Part shown: positions 12,206 through 24,600 of the stretch, in pieces | How the letters are laid out: each line of letters opens with the position of its first letter | Numbering within the stretch: position 1 is the first letter of the stretch | Source of the DNA: Basidiobolus ranarum | Taxonomy: Eukaryota | Assembly (NCBI GenBank): GCA_040143965.1 | Contig: JASJQH010006936.1 | Span: forward strand, 1 to 36,033 | Direction: 5' to 3' | DNA length: 36,033 bases | Translations under genes and position numbers: made by a program | Notes under the pieces: model-generated | What the model was told of the DNA's origin: nothing | Databases searched by the model: none | What the model saw: the letters and a program-made list of their open reading frames with translations, nothing else

Positions 12206-15200
12206 TCACAGATTATGTCTACATTTAAGGATCCAACCTACACTCTGGCCATGATAGAAAATATCTCTAGCAGTGGTAAGAACAATCAACTTGGGATCCT
12301 TGATAATATTCGCTAGTTCGAACATTTGACGGACCAATGCGGATTGTTCTATCCCCTCCTTTTGATAAAGCCAGCCGAGGTCATCAGACCGGCCAATGAA
12401 TTTCACATCATTAGAGGAATAAATGGATTCAACGTGACACTCTAAGGAAACCAGTATTTGCGTGGCCAGTTGCACCTGGTAAGTCATAATGGCAGATTTC
12501 GTGGGTTGGACTAGGGCAAAGAAATGCAAGATTTGAGTGATTACACTTAGCAAAGCGTAACGATATACTGTATGGGTGCCCACTGGAAGATCTATCGATG
12601 AAAAAGGATGGTCAATTAACATACAAAATGGGGCTCAATAAAACGATAACACATACCTGAGATTAATTGTAAACCGCAAGTACAAAGACTAAGCGTTTGT
12701 TCAATCCAGCTCGGTGCTTGCCATTCTAGACGCTTAACATCAACGTTGAGGCAAGCCCTAAGCAAAAGTCTGAAAGTGGCAATAACCACCTCATTCCCTG
12801 GGTTGGAGTTTTTGAGAACAATGGAGTTCAGCCAGGCTATTAAGCCATGATTGGCCACCATGTCTGTAACAACAAACGGAATGGCTGTGGCATGGAACAG
12901 AGTTTCAAATATCAACTTGCGATTGAGTGAATCGCACATAGGCGTGTTCATATATCCCATGAGCAAGTCAAGGGCGTGACGACGTTTGTAAACTCGGAAG
13001 TCCTCGGCATGGGTCAGTCCCGAGGCCAACAGACGCAGCATCCATAGACGCTCCTTTTTGTATTGATCTGCAGATGAGTTGAACAGGTTGTAGAATAAAG
13101 GAATATCGTTAAGGTCGAAAATGGGTCTCTGAAGAAGGAAACCATTGATCAATGGGTACATAAAGTGATCAGGTTTAAGAAGAGCAGCTAGGGCCTGGGT
13201 GATAAAACCAACGACCACAGCCGACACTCGTTCAGGGGTCTCACGATCGGTAATAGCATTCTTGAAGCTTTCCAAAAGTAATGTAACCTGACGCTTCTCA
13301 CGAAATTGGGCAGTATCAAGCAAAAGGTAAAATTCATCCAGAATATGGTAACCAACACGGCGAATTTCTGGTTTTGTCGATGACAACGAAGCAATGGTGT
13401 ACCCAAGACCGTTAACCTCAATAAATTTGCGACAATCCATTTGATTGCCATATGAATGAAGGGCAGCAAATAGAGGAAGCACGAATGATGGATCGTATAC
13501 AGGTTCTGAAGGACTGGAGGTATCATTGCTGAGTTCCTCATAAGTAGTAGATACCGGAAGTTCCAAGCTTTGATACACAGGGAAATGTCGAGCAGAGTTA
13601 ATCATTTTCATTGGATCAAGTTGAGATAATGATTCCAATATAATAGCCGAACCGGCAAGCTGTTGACGAGCCAAACGCAAGTAAGTTGACTCTGGACCCC
13701 AGAGTAAAGCAGCATTACTCATTGACGACTTGGTGTGAGCTTCGTACATATAAAGAACATGAAGAATCAAACGATCTATAATTGAAGTTGTGGCACCATA
13801 CATCCCAAGTAGTTTCGGTAGATACGCCACATTAGAACAGCCAACTGGATTCAACGTGACCACTGTGTGTATTAAACGTACTACATTCAGCTTGAAAGCT
13901 CTCCAACTTTCAAAATCACTGGCAGGCTCACGGTAAAGGTCGTCAAAGCGATGATGTGCAAATATAGCATCAATGACGTCTACCAAGGCAGATTTGTCTA
14001 GCTCCGAGAGCTTTTGAAGAGCGGTGCTTATAGATTGAATACGTGCTCCACAGTTCAACCGTCTCTTAACTGATTCGATGACGAACTTTGTCAGAATCTT
14101 TTTGTTGACCGAAGATTCCTTGAAGGAAAAGTAGAATTTGAGAAGACGATCTAATTTATCAAAGATAGAATCGTCAAAGTCATCTTTGCCCTCAAGAACA
14201 TCATCGATGAAGTCGTAATCTGGCGTAGCTGTTTCAAGACAGAACTCGACATATTTGGACGCAGCGTTAATCTCGACTTCTCGATCCAAAGCAATTCTCA
14301 CCAACACCAAAGAGTCTAGATTAATGCTATCATGTTCTGCGTCCATCAAGATATAACTCAAATGGCTTGAAATGGTGGAATCGGAAGTTTGCAAAATGTA
14401 AGCAAGAAGAATTGCTTCATATGAAAGATGAGGGAACTGCAAGCTTGCGGAGGGGGATGTTTGAGCAGCGCTAATCTTCTGAACCAGTGAATCACCATAC
14501 TTCTCGCCTAAAGTGGTTATAAGTGAACGATCCTTTTCAGTTGCAAAAGCATTTAACTTAATGCTCTCAATATCGGATGAAGCACCAATTACAAACAGGA
14601 AAGTGGTGATTGGACCCATATAAATGGAAAGATCAGATATCTCGTTCTTCGATAAAATATCCAGCATCCACTCGACAAATCTTAACCTGTATTTCGCCGA
14701 GGAAAGTATAAACATACTGAGAATCTTACTGCGGGTTTCGTTGAGGCTCCTCAAACTCAAATCCAAGAGTTGGTCTCCTACCGAGGCTGGAATCTGCGAG
14801 AAGAGCTGATTCTCAGCCCTGATGAAGTCTTTAGAAGTGGGGATCTTCTCCTCAGCTTGAGCAAGAGGTGGAATAAATGCTTCCACGCAATTCTTCAAGA
14901 TATCATCCAATCGATTAGAGGAGAATTTGTTCAAAAGCTGAATGGAGATCTTGACAAAGCTCTCAGTGCGTGAGGTCGGCTGCTTTGCGAAAGAGGTGCT
15001 ACTGAGGGTAATAGACAACAGACAAACAAAGATGGGAGTAAATGACTCGGCATCTGGGGAAGCAAATATGGATTCATAGTCGATGGATACCAAGCTATTC
15101 ATAATGCTATTCAGGTCGTTCTCGTCACAAACAGTCGAAAACAAGGAGAAAAGAACCACAACTTCTGCATTGATCGATGGCTTAGCCTCATGATTGAGCT

Positions 15201-18200
15201 TAACAGATTCAAGCTCATCCAGCAGAATCTGAACCATCTTGATCTTATAAGGGCTCCAGAAACGTGACTCTGACGCTTGACGGGCCCCAAGAGTAAACTG
15301 ATATAGGAGCTCACTGGTGCAGTAAGTGAACTGTCCAAGATCTTGCTTATTGAGCTCAACCCCATGTAAAGTCAATTGCTGCTCCAAATACAAGTCGACG
15401 GAGAGGGAATGTCCAAAAATGGTATCTAAAAGTTGAGAGAATCCCTTATGAGATTCCTCGGATTTACTTTTATCCAAAAGACATTTCACCAAGTAGTAAC
15501 TAGCACCAATATGATACCTTGGAGCATCACCTTCTGTTGAGGCAGAAATGACCAACATTGAATAAATAGACGTCATGATGTGCTTTAGAATGTTGGGGAA
15601 TGATCGGATATGTACTCTTGTAATTGCCGAAGAAAGAATCTCCAAAACCCGTGGCGAATTGATAATAGATGGAGATATGCAATCAAACAAAGCTGAGAAT
15701 GAAATACGTGAAAGGAAATCAAGAATATCTCTATGAACGTGCTCCTGTTCTACTGATGCTCTACAAGCAGTAGCGACAGAGCTCAACTCAAAGATTGATA
15801 CACCAATAGCCGGTTGAGCATCCCAGTATTCTGCTAAAGGAGCGAAGTCGGACCAGTTCAACTCATTACGACAATAACTAGTAAGTATTGTTAGGTTCTT
15901 ATCGAAAGCTGAAACCGGCATTTCGGAGAGTAGAGTGAGAAATTGCTCACGGGCAGATTCTAATTCCTCGTATTTAGCCTTCAAACAAGCGTCAATACGC
16001 TTGTCCCATTTCTTTTCCAACGAAAGTGATGGTTTGCTGAGTAATTGGTGCTGGGAAACGAATTTAGTATTCTCATCATATACAGGAGACAACTGCTTAG
16101 AAAGATATTGTAGTGTAACACCAATGAAATCGTTCTCTTTCCATTCAGATATGTCTTGAACTTGGGCAGATTGATGGAAAGTTTCCAATGTCACACCGAT
16201 ATCTTCGCATAGAACCTTAAATCTCTCGTAAAGTGCATAAGGGAGAATCTGGATGTGTGTAAGTGAGACGATCAATCGATGAACAAAGTTAGCTACCGAT
16301 ACAAGAGCCCTTTTATCGATTTTTTCTGACTTCCACATATATTTGAGCTTCTCGAAAACGACACAAAGCAACGGACTGTAAGGATAAGACAATGATGCAT
16401 AAGGACTAATAATGTGGCCGTCAGCTGCCATTTGGTTGTCACCGATAGAGCTTAATTTAGCGGTCGTAAGCTTGAGCGTGGCATTGACATCATCGACGTA
16501 CTTATACGGAGTTCTCATACATTGCAACACAACATCATCGAAGAAGTTAAGTACATCTAACTGGTCTTGGGTCATGGCAGCTCCCTCATTTATCAACTGT
16601 CTGGGCAAGGCCGTCAACCATGTGGTCACTTCATTCTTGTTGTGCTCAAAGAGAACGGATTCAGAAAGCAATTTAACAAGAATCTCTTCAGTGATGTCGC
16701 GAATTTGAACGTAAGGAGAAGACAAATACAATACGAGTAGAGACATCAAGTGAGAGTGCTTAGCACTTTGTGCTTTACCCGACCACTTGAAATCGGGGAG
16801 ATCTTTGAGCATCTCAAGTACATGAATCTGCAAGTCCACAGGTAAAAGTCCAAGATCCTCGGGTACCAATTTGCCGAAATCAAATTTGGATTCAAGAACA
16901 ACATCAGGAAGAAAATGTTGATAATATTTGATAAGTCTAAGTACAGACTCATGAAGAATTTGTCCACGAGCAACTGCTTCATCGTCACCACTAGCACGTG
17001 CGCTCTTTTCGGCTGTTGAGCAGGAATTCTGGAGAGATATAATAATCTGGAAGTCTGGAATACGCTTCTTAATTTCGTCACGGACATTCTGAATACTAGA
17101 CCGCCATCTCCTAGCAGGATCGTTATTTGACTGAAGTTTTCTAGATACAGTGCTATCACCGGAATCACTGGATGGCCCTTCGAAAGCCTCGACAACCTCG
17201 TCCATAGCCTCCATTACGGTGTTAAGCTTGCGAAACACTACATTGAGAACAAGGGTTGACATATACTTTACCAAAGGGCTTGTATGCTGAAGACATTTTC
17301 CTGCTAAAGTACGATTGAAAGTAGCAGGCAAAATGTTCTCAACAATGTTACCGGTAGGTGGAGGGTTAGCCAAAAAGGAGCCAGTAGAATAAAGCTCAAG
17401 TTTAGGAACAGGGAGAGCAATTACTTTATGAAGAAAACTCATATTAGCGATCCATTTAGAGGAAAGACGCGGATCAAAGCTTAACAGAGAAGAACTCCAA
17501 TAATGCTGAACTAGCTCGGGACATGCTCGAAGAATTCCAAGAAGGAGATCCTGCTGCTTAAGGTCGTCGGTGGGACGCAGTGTACTAACAAATTTGTGCA
17601 ATACTCTGTTTTGAACGCGTAAGCCTTTACCACTCTCGGATTCTGAGGAAGATAAGACATGAGATGGATACCATCCGGCATCATGAAAACACAATCCCAC
17701 ACCCGGGGTACAACAGAGAATCCTTAAGAACCTGTGAACCAAGTCGGCAACAGTTTTGGATTCATCTTTTTCTGAAGACTCCTTGTTTCCATAGAGCTTA
17801 ACAAGTTGTTCGAGAATATATTGATTCATAAAGTTTGTAATAGTAGAACGCTTGACATCTCCATCTGTGATGATATGTTTCTCAAATACATCAAGAACAT
17901 ACTCAGCTACTTCATATGAATCTCGGTGTAACCCTTTGAAGAGACTGCTAACAAAATCTTTAATTTCCAGCACCTCACTCTTCATTTTGGAATCACCACA
18001 CTCCAGGAATGAAAGTATAAACTTCATGTATAGAGTACGGACATCTTTTTGATTCTTTTTAGTATCTTCAGCCGGATTTGGTCTCATGTTCAATAATTTG
18101 AAATGAGATTTGAGTTCGAAATTGAAGGTGTCTATCATTTCTCGAGTAGTTTGTAGTGTGTGCTTTGTCATGGCAATAAGTAGTTGAATAGTAGCACAAA

Positions 18201-18630
18201 TCAAACCAACTCTGCCGGACGATAAGTTACGATATAGAGTTTTCATGTAGTTTCTGAATATCCTACGAGTTATGTTCACACCGTTAGCTCGAGTTATCGG
18301 GGTGTTTGTAAGTAGAACCACCTTGGCTAAGACGTCCACAATCAATACCTCCAGTTGTGGTAGAGAATTCTTCTGTTGTAAATCCCAGATTTTAAATAAT
18401 TCTTCACATTCCGGAGAATCATCTATGTAATTGAAGAAAACGCGTGAAGACTCTTCATCGTCAAGTGATAACTGGTAACGGAAACGCTGAAGCGTTTGGA
18501 CAAGAGCGCCAGTTTGATCAGAAGACAGATCTCGAGAAAGATCATAGCTGGTCTTATAGAGCTTATGTCTAGTAGAAAAATCTGGAAGAGTATCAAAATT
18601 ACTCTCTTCCGACACCGTTTCTTGAACCAT
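12206..18630 (-). CDS. URB1: Nucleolar pre-ribosomal-associated protein 1 (Urb1/Npa1), about 2119 aa
   Basis: Exon 1 18630-12657, intron 12656-12592 (GTATGT...TAG), exon 2 12591-12206. Npa1 N-domain (DVRTLYMKFILSFL, LRPTDDLKQQDLLLGILRACPELV, FDPRLSSKW). NopRA1 C-domain (YDPSFVLP, LLKPDHFMYPLINGFLLQRP.FDLNDIPLFY, ERLWMLRLL). Confidence 0.92.
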
Positions 18631-18769
18631 ATTGAGCTGTCAACAAACTCCTAACAGAAACTTGCTACTCTTTCTTTACATTACCTCGAGCTGAAAAAAA
18701 AGGAAATTTTCTCCATTGACTAATTGGAACTTGCTAAACATATTTATTATTTGATCTCAATAACTTATC

Positions 18770-19144
18770 CATGTTTGTTGTTCTAGGAAACATGCTTAAT
18801 CTGAACCCTAACCCTAAAATTCGTCGTTTTGTGACTTATTCTGATCATAGCTGGTTTACATTTCAAAATTGTCAGTTAAAAAAAAAATCATCATTTTTTT
18901 CAGATTTGCCTGCATTAAGTTGATTTTCGAGGTACTCGTTCAATCATCAAATCATAGCTGGAATGTTGATCAATATTTGCACAGTTGAATTTCTAGTAAT
19001 AATAGCAATCAGTACATGATCTGCCTAACTTAATGCCGGTGGCTTATACCTATTTGTCAATGGTACACACGTGAGGAAAATACTCCAATAGAAGCACTTC
19101 TTCTCTAAGGACCACCAAATGATTGGTGTGGAGGAAGGACAAGG
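18770..19144 (+). ncRNA. Candidate telomerase RNA with a box H/ACA-like 3' domain (alternatively a stand-alone H/ACA snoRNA at about 19038-19144)
   Basis: AACCCTAACCCTAA at 18804-18817. Enclosing helix 18798-18805/18899-18906. A-tract 18878-18887. 10-bp helix 18912-18921/19027-19036. H-box-like ATAGAA at 19088-19093, hairpin 19097-19137 and ACA at 19139-19141. Structure inferred by eye, not validated. Confidence 0.45.
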
Positions 19145-19354
19145 TGTGGCAAGTATTTATGTACCTTAAAGATGCGCCGTTACTTTATTGGCGGTTGACA
19201 ATATAAGTATACAGCGAACAGTAACATATTGGTATTGAATTCTCCCCAGAAATTACCGTGGTAGTCTTTTAAATAGAGCAAGGGAAGTCTAAGATACCAA
19301 ATCCTTAATTTGCTTCCTTCATTACCTGGCCTCCCTCAACTCCTGTGAATAAAA

Positions 19355-20558
19355 ATGACCGTTGCTTCCTCTACTCTTGAAACTCTTCCTAATAATGTTA
19401 AGCGTCGTCTTTTCAGTCTGAAGCATTTACAGGTATCTCTTCCTCTTTTACAATCCATTATGTGTACACATGATATATAACAGTTGTATAGGCTAAACAC
19501 GCTGAGCTTGAGTTAGAGTTTCATACTGAAGTTCTCAACTTGGAGAAGAAATACCTTGACCTTTATTCTCCTTTGTACGGAAAGAGAACACAAATTATCA
19601 CTGGGAAAGTCGAGCCTTCTCAAGAAGAGGTTGAGGCTGGTAAGAAAGTTGACCAAGAGTTAGCGCAAGAGCTCTCCAATGGGCAAGAAGACCCTGAAAT
19701 TCAACCTTCTGGTTTGTCCGATTTTTATAACATCCCGTTTTTACATATGTCAAGTAGTAAACTCTTCTTTAGGTGTTCCTGAGTTCTGGCTGACTATCTT
19801 GAAGAATCACATTCAAATTGCTGATCTTATCACTACTAGAGATGAACCTGTGTTGAGGCATCTGATTGACGTTCGTTTGGTCTACTTACAGGACAAACCA
19901 GTAAGTATCATGGTCAAATATCTTTTAATACTGTGGCTAATCCTTCTCCTTGCTAGGGTTTCCAAATCGAATTTGAATTCCAAGACAATGAATGGTTTAC
20001 CAATAGCGTATTGACTAAAAAATACTACTATCAGTCCTCGGTTGAGGTTGGTGACCTTATCAGCGAACATAGTGAAGGGTAAGATGCGCGTTATGATGGT
20101 TTTCTGGAAGGAAATGTATTGAATTTATCATTGATAGAACGGAGATCTCTTGGAAAGAAACTAAAGACCTCACTGTAACCGTCGAGACTAAGAAGCAAAG
20201 ACACAAGGCTACCAACAAGACTCGTGTCGTCAAGAGAACTGTCCCTGCCGAAACATTTTTCAATATCTTCGCTCCGGTGACTGAAACCTCTGATGATGAC
20301 GAAGAGATGGACTACAGCGAAAGATTGGAGGCAGATTTTGAAATTGGAGAGACTCTTAAACAGAAAATCATTCCTCATGCCATTGACTGGTACACCGGGA
20401 AAGCATTGCAATATGAAGGCTTCGGTATCGATGATTACGAAGATCTCGAGGATGTCACTGATGAGGATGAAGAAGCGTTGGAGGATGAAGAATCTGAAGA
20501 AGAATATGGTACTTCTGCTCCAGCAAGTCAGCCTGCTCCTGAGTGCAAGCAACAATAA
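19355..20558 (+). CDS. NAP1: Nucleosome assembly protein 1 (histone chaperone), 4 introns
   Basis: MTVASSTLETLPNNVKRRLFSLKHLQ...LEKKYLDLYSPLYGKR...GVPEFWLTILKNH...NEWFTNSVLTKKY...ETFFNIF...DFEIGETLKQKIIPHAIDWYTG. Acidic tail and terminal PECKQQ (CKQQ prenylation-type motif). Confidence 0.95.
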
Positions 20559-21035
20559 TCTTTTTCGATATCCCTCATCATATTCCCCCAGACCTATTTT
20601 ACTTTCATTCATATTGTGCAATTCCATTCGAGTTTTTTACATAAAGATCATTCATTTGCAAAACTTCTTATTTATAAGCTTGATATTAAACCAGTAAAGG
20701 TGGGAAAATGACTGATCCCTCTTATATGTTTAAAGCATCAACAGTTCCCTACAGATACAATTGACTTTGTCGATAGAATCCAAGGTAATTCCTCATAGTT
20801 TATGAAGCATGAGGGCAATCCATGATTTTCCCACTCCACTGATTGTTAAGCACTATTATATTGTGTAAATCGAGTAAAAAACCTTGAGCAGTTGTTAAAT
20901 GTAAATTGGCTTGGCTGTTTAATGAAGAATGATACAACATACAAATGCAAATCTGTCTATAAAAGAATTACAGATCAAATGAGAAACGAGTTACCACCCA
21001 AGGGATTTGCTCGAATCTAAGTACTTAAAAACGAT

Positions 21036-21209
21036 TCAGACGGCAAGAAGGTCGCCAAAGTTACGGAGAAGAGCGATGCTAGCACCAAAGACGGCTACAC
21101 CAAATGTAACGTTGAGGTTACCGGCACGCTTGTCAGCAGCAAAGATTTCGTTCTTGAAGAACTTGGTAATAACGTTTCCTGAATCCTTAGCTTGAATTTT
21201 CTTGGCCAT
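21036..21209 (-). CDS. TOM6: Tom6-like mitochondrial outer-membrane translocase small subunit (57 aa, absent from ORF track)
   Basis: MAKKIQAKDSGNVITKFFKNEIFAADKRAGNLNVTFGVAVFGASIALLRNFGDLLAV*. Single C-terminal TM helix followed by RNFGDLL, resembling the Tom6 pattern (N...G.F......RN..D). Codon usage is typical of a highly expressed gene. Confidence 0.7.
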   Translation of the reverse strand: MAKKIQAKDSGNVITKFFKNEIFAADKRAGNLNVTFGVAVFGASIALLRNFGDLLAV

Positions 21210-21659
21210 GATATAAATCCGTTAGAGAATGTCTTGCGTGAAAGAGAAAACTTTTCTCCAAATATTGCAAATAGGTGTATCAAAGGGGATCACGTGAACG
21301 CCTCAACTCAATCCAATCATCGTAGAATTTAGATCTTAGCTGAATGAAAATACATTTAGTCAAGGCTAATACCAATATCTCTTTGCCGAGTGACGAAAAT
21401 TGTCATCAATGTTATGTAAAATTAATATCCTTACTATCCTTCAAATGTGTCTCTAGTTATCAATTTATGGTAGATTTGTATTAATGAATTTGATGGAAAT
21501 GTGTCTCGAACTAATCTCATGAATTTTGCCTTGGCAACATAGTGGTTATCTATTACCAGTCTGTATGCTGGGAATCTAATAAATTCACTTCTGGTATTTG
21601 CTATTTATCGTTTTTAATCGAGTAACACTAGTTTACGAAACTTCGATAACATCGTTGAT

Positions 21660-24600
21660 ATGTCATACTTTTCGGGACTAGTAAAGTCTACACTCTCCCG
21701 AGTTGTAAGTGGTCAAGAGCCATCCTTTCCATACATACTTAAGGAAAAGAATTATGAGTACGAGGGTAGCTCGATCTGGTCACTTCACGAAGGTATCAAA
21801 AAGGTACATCCAAAACCTCACGCTTTGCTCAATCCTGTATTTGTGCTTACTCAATTGTAAAACTACAGGCCGATAACTCCCCCGTATCTATTTTTTCTTT
21901 TGACTGTGTCAACAATCGACATCTTCTTCCTTTGGCAAAGAACCACTTCAAAAGAGTAAGAACTCTTCGACACCCAGACTTAATTCGTTACATTGATGGA
22001 ATCGAGGTCGACTATTTTTTTTTAAATTTAACACCTCTTGTTGAATTTTCTTTTTTAACGCTCCTCAAATGGCATTCAACAGACTGGAGAACGTATATAT
22101 GTTGTCACCGATCCAATTACCCCGCTCTCGGAACAATTGAAAGCTAACAAAAATAATGACTTTCTTTTCTGGGGTATTTACAAAATCGCGGTTAGCCTAC
22201 GTTACATTTACTTGTTTGAGAATTAGTGGAACCTGACTAGTCAAATTCTAACGAACTCATAGAATGCAGTGAAATTCCTTAATGTAGATTGTAATTTGGT
22301 TCATGGAAACATACGACTTAGTTCGATTTTTACAAACAAGGCTGGGGAATGGAAACTTGGGGGTTTCGAGTTACTTTCGTCCGTCCAAGAAGAGAACCCA
22401 GTCATTGTGGTAATATATACTCATAGCGCAGTGTTGTTGTACATCTACTAACGATATTTCTGATTAGTCTTACGGCGAATTAATTCACGATTTTAACAAA
22501 TACGCTTCCCCTGAAATCAAGAAACATTCTCTACGAGTAATCAAGGAGTAAGCAGTATTCTTTAGATATTTTATGTGGCCAACGCCCGATAATTTATTCT
22601 TTTACTTTAGCTATGAGCCTCAAGTAACTGACTCCTGGCAATATGGATGCATGATCTATGAGGTTTTCAATGGAGATATAAATTATCCTGAACAGATATA
22701 TCAAAGAGGTGCCATACCCATGGTATGTTTGGTGTAGAAGTTATTGCCTTCTTCCGATTTCTCACGTTGCCTTGTAGAATATTTTTTCTCAGTACAAGTC
22801 ATTGCTTGCCCCAGAGCCTCGTACTCGTCTCGATTTATCAAGCTTCATCGACGCTGGTTTGATGAGTAATGGTTATTTCCAGAGTGATTTGATACAAATC
22901 AATTCATTCTTGGAGAATTTCGCGATGAAAGAAACTAATGAGAAGGAAGCTTTCTTCAGGTATGTTTTGCTTTGTTGGATAAATACAAAGTTGATTTCTA
23001 ACCGAGGTGTATCATTAGGAAACTGGAGAGTTCTTTGGATAAATTACCACATGATTTCTGTCAATACAAGATTCTTCCCGAGTTATCTAAAGCTTTAGAA
23101 TTCGGTTCTGGTGGACCTAGAGCCCTTGGTTTACTGGTCAAAATTGGCGAGCATTTAAATGGCACAGAGTTCGAAACGCAATTGCTTCCTATCATCGTCA
23201 AGATGTTCAGTCTTCCTGATAGAACCATACGTTTAAGCCTGCTGGAGAATCTCGGCCGTTTTGTCAGCCATCTGGACAAAGCGATTATTAATAATCAGAT
23301 TTTCCCTCATTTCGTAAGTGTTTGAGTATGTATGTAGAACGAGCTTATATCGAAATTCATGTTTCTCATTCATCGCGTTCAGGCCTCTGGGTTTACTGAT
23401 TCAGTGCCAGTATTACGGGAGCATACTCTCAGAGCTGTGCTAATGTTAATCCCCAAGGTAATTCGGCCAATATTTAACTTCATTATGTTGAGTCTCTCAC
23501 AGTGATGCGCCCTCTAGCTAAACGAGCGAATTATCAACAACGATCTCATGCGTCACTTGGCCAAGTTGCAAGTTGATGAACAACCAGGGATTAGAACCAA
23601 CACTGTCATTTGTATGGGGAAAATCGCCAGTAGTTTGAATGATTCGGTACTCTATCAGGATTTTATATATAGAAAGCATAGTAAGCCCATTCTAATGTTT
23701 GACGCTACAGAATAAGAAAAAGGTGTTGAGTAACGCTTTCGTAAAGAGCTTGAAAGATCCATTCCCTCACGCTAGAATGGCTAGTTTGATGGCTCTTAAT
23801 GGTAAGTCTAGAGGCTTTGACTCGGGGTTTATTAGAGTGTTCATCTAAACTATTCTTCACAGCTACCGTTGATTATTATGAGCCTGTAGAGAAAGCGACC
23901 AAAATCATACCTTGTATCTCAACTTGCCTCCTAGACCCTGAGAAGTAACTGCCAAGTTTCTTTAGTTCTACCCTTACTCATTTCACTAATAATCTACGAC
24001 ATTGGTAGGATGGTTAGAGATCAAGCCTTCAAATGTATAGGAACATTCATTAAGAAGCTTGAAATCATTGCCAACTCTATGGTATGTTTCTATTCAATAA
24101 TAGCTCACTTGTATTTTATGATATCTATGATATTAATGACTTGGATATAGCCCGATACCACCGTCATCAGACCCAGTAACTCTGGTCAGACGTCCGGTAC
24201 CAACCCTCCACAAGAGGGTTGGACTGACTGGGCTGTTACTTCTATTACAAAAAAGGTTTCTAAAATCCCACCATATAGTGTAGAACTTTCAATAACCTTA
24301 TGTTTTAGATTTCTGACACCATTGATTCTACGGTCAGTCCCCAGTCTACTCCAAACAACATCCAAGCCACCTCTGCTCCTACGCCTTTAGCACATTCAGG
24401 ATCCAACTCTCGTAATGGCACCTCTAGTACGACAGCTCCGGTGCAAGAAAGTACCTATACCACTTTCTCTGCGACCAAAAATAGCTTTGATCCTCAGCAA
24501 GGAATGGGTAAATATTGGAGAATCATGTGATACGACCAGCAACCTTTTTTACTAAACTTTATGACTTTAGGGAAAGCTTCTACTCTGACTACTCTTGTAC

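Noticed and set aside
13188-18052. Many short ORFs inside URB1 on both strands
   Set aside because: These are shadow or antisense frames of a long CDS with no recognisable motifs.
19433-19491. NAP1 intron donor GTATCTCT as a possible U12-type intron
   Set aside because: It does not match RTATCCTT and has no TCCTTAAC branch site. No convincing minor intron was seen in the introns I inspected.
20060-20697. Overlapping ORFs of 178 aa (-) and 134 aa (+) at the NAP1 3' end
   Set aside because: They are by-products of the low-complexity acidic tail codons.
21007-21283. Two 62-aa ORFs in the track
   Set aside because: They are alternative frames of the Tom6-like gene at 21036-21209.
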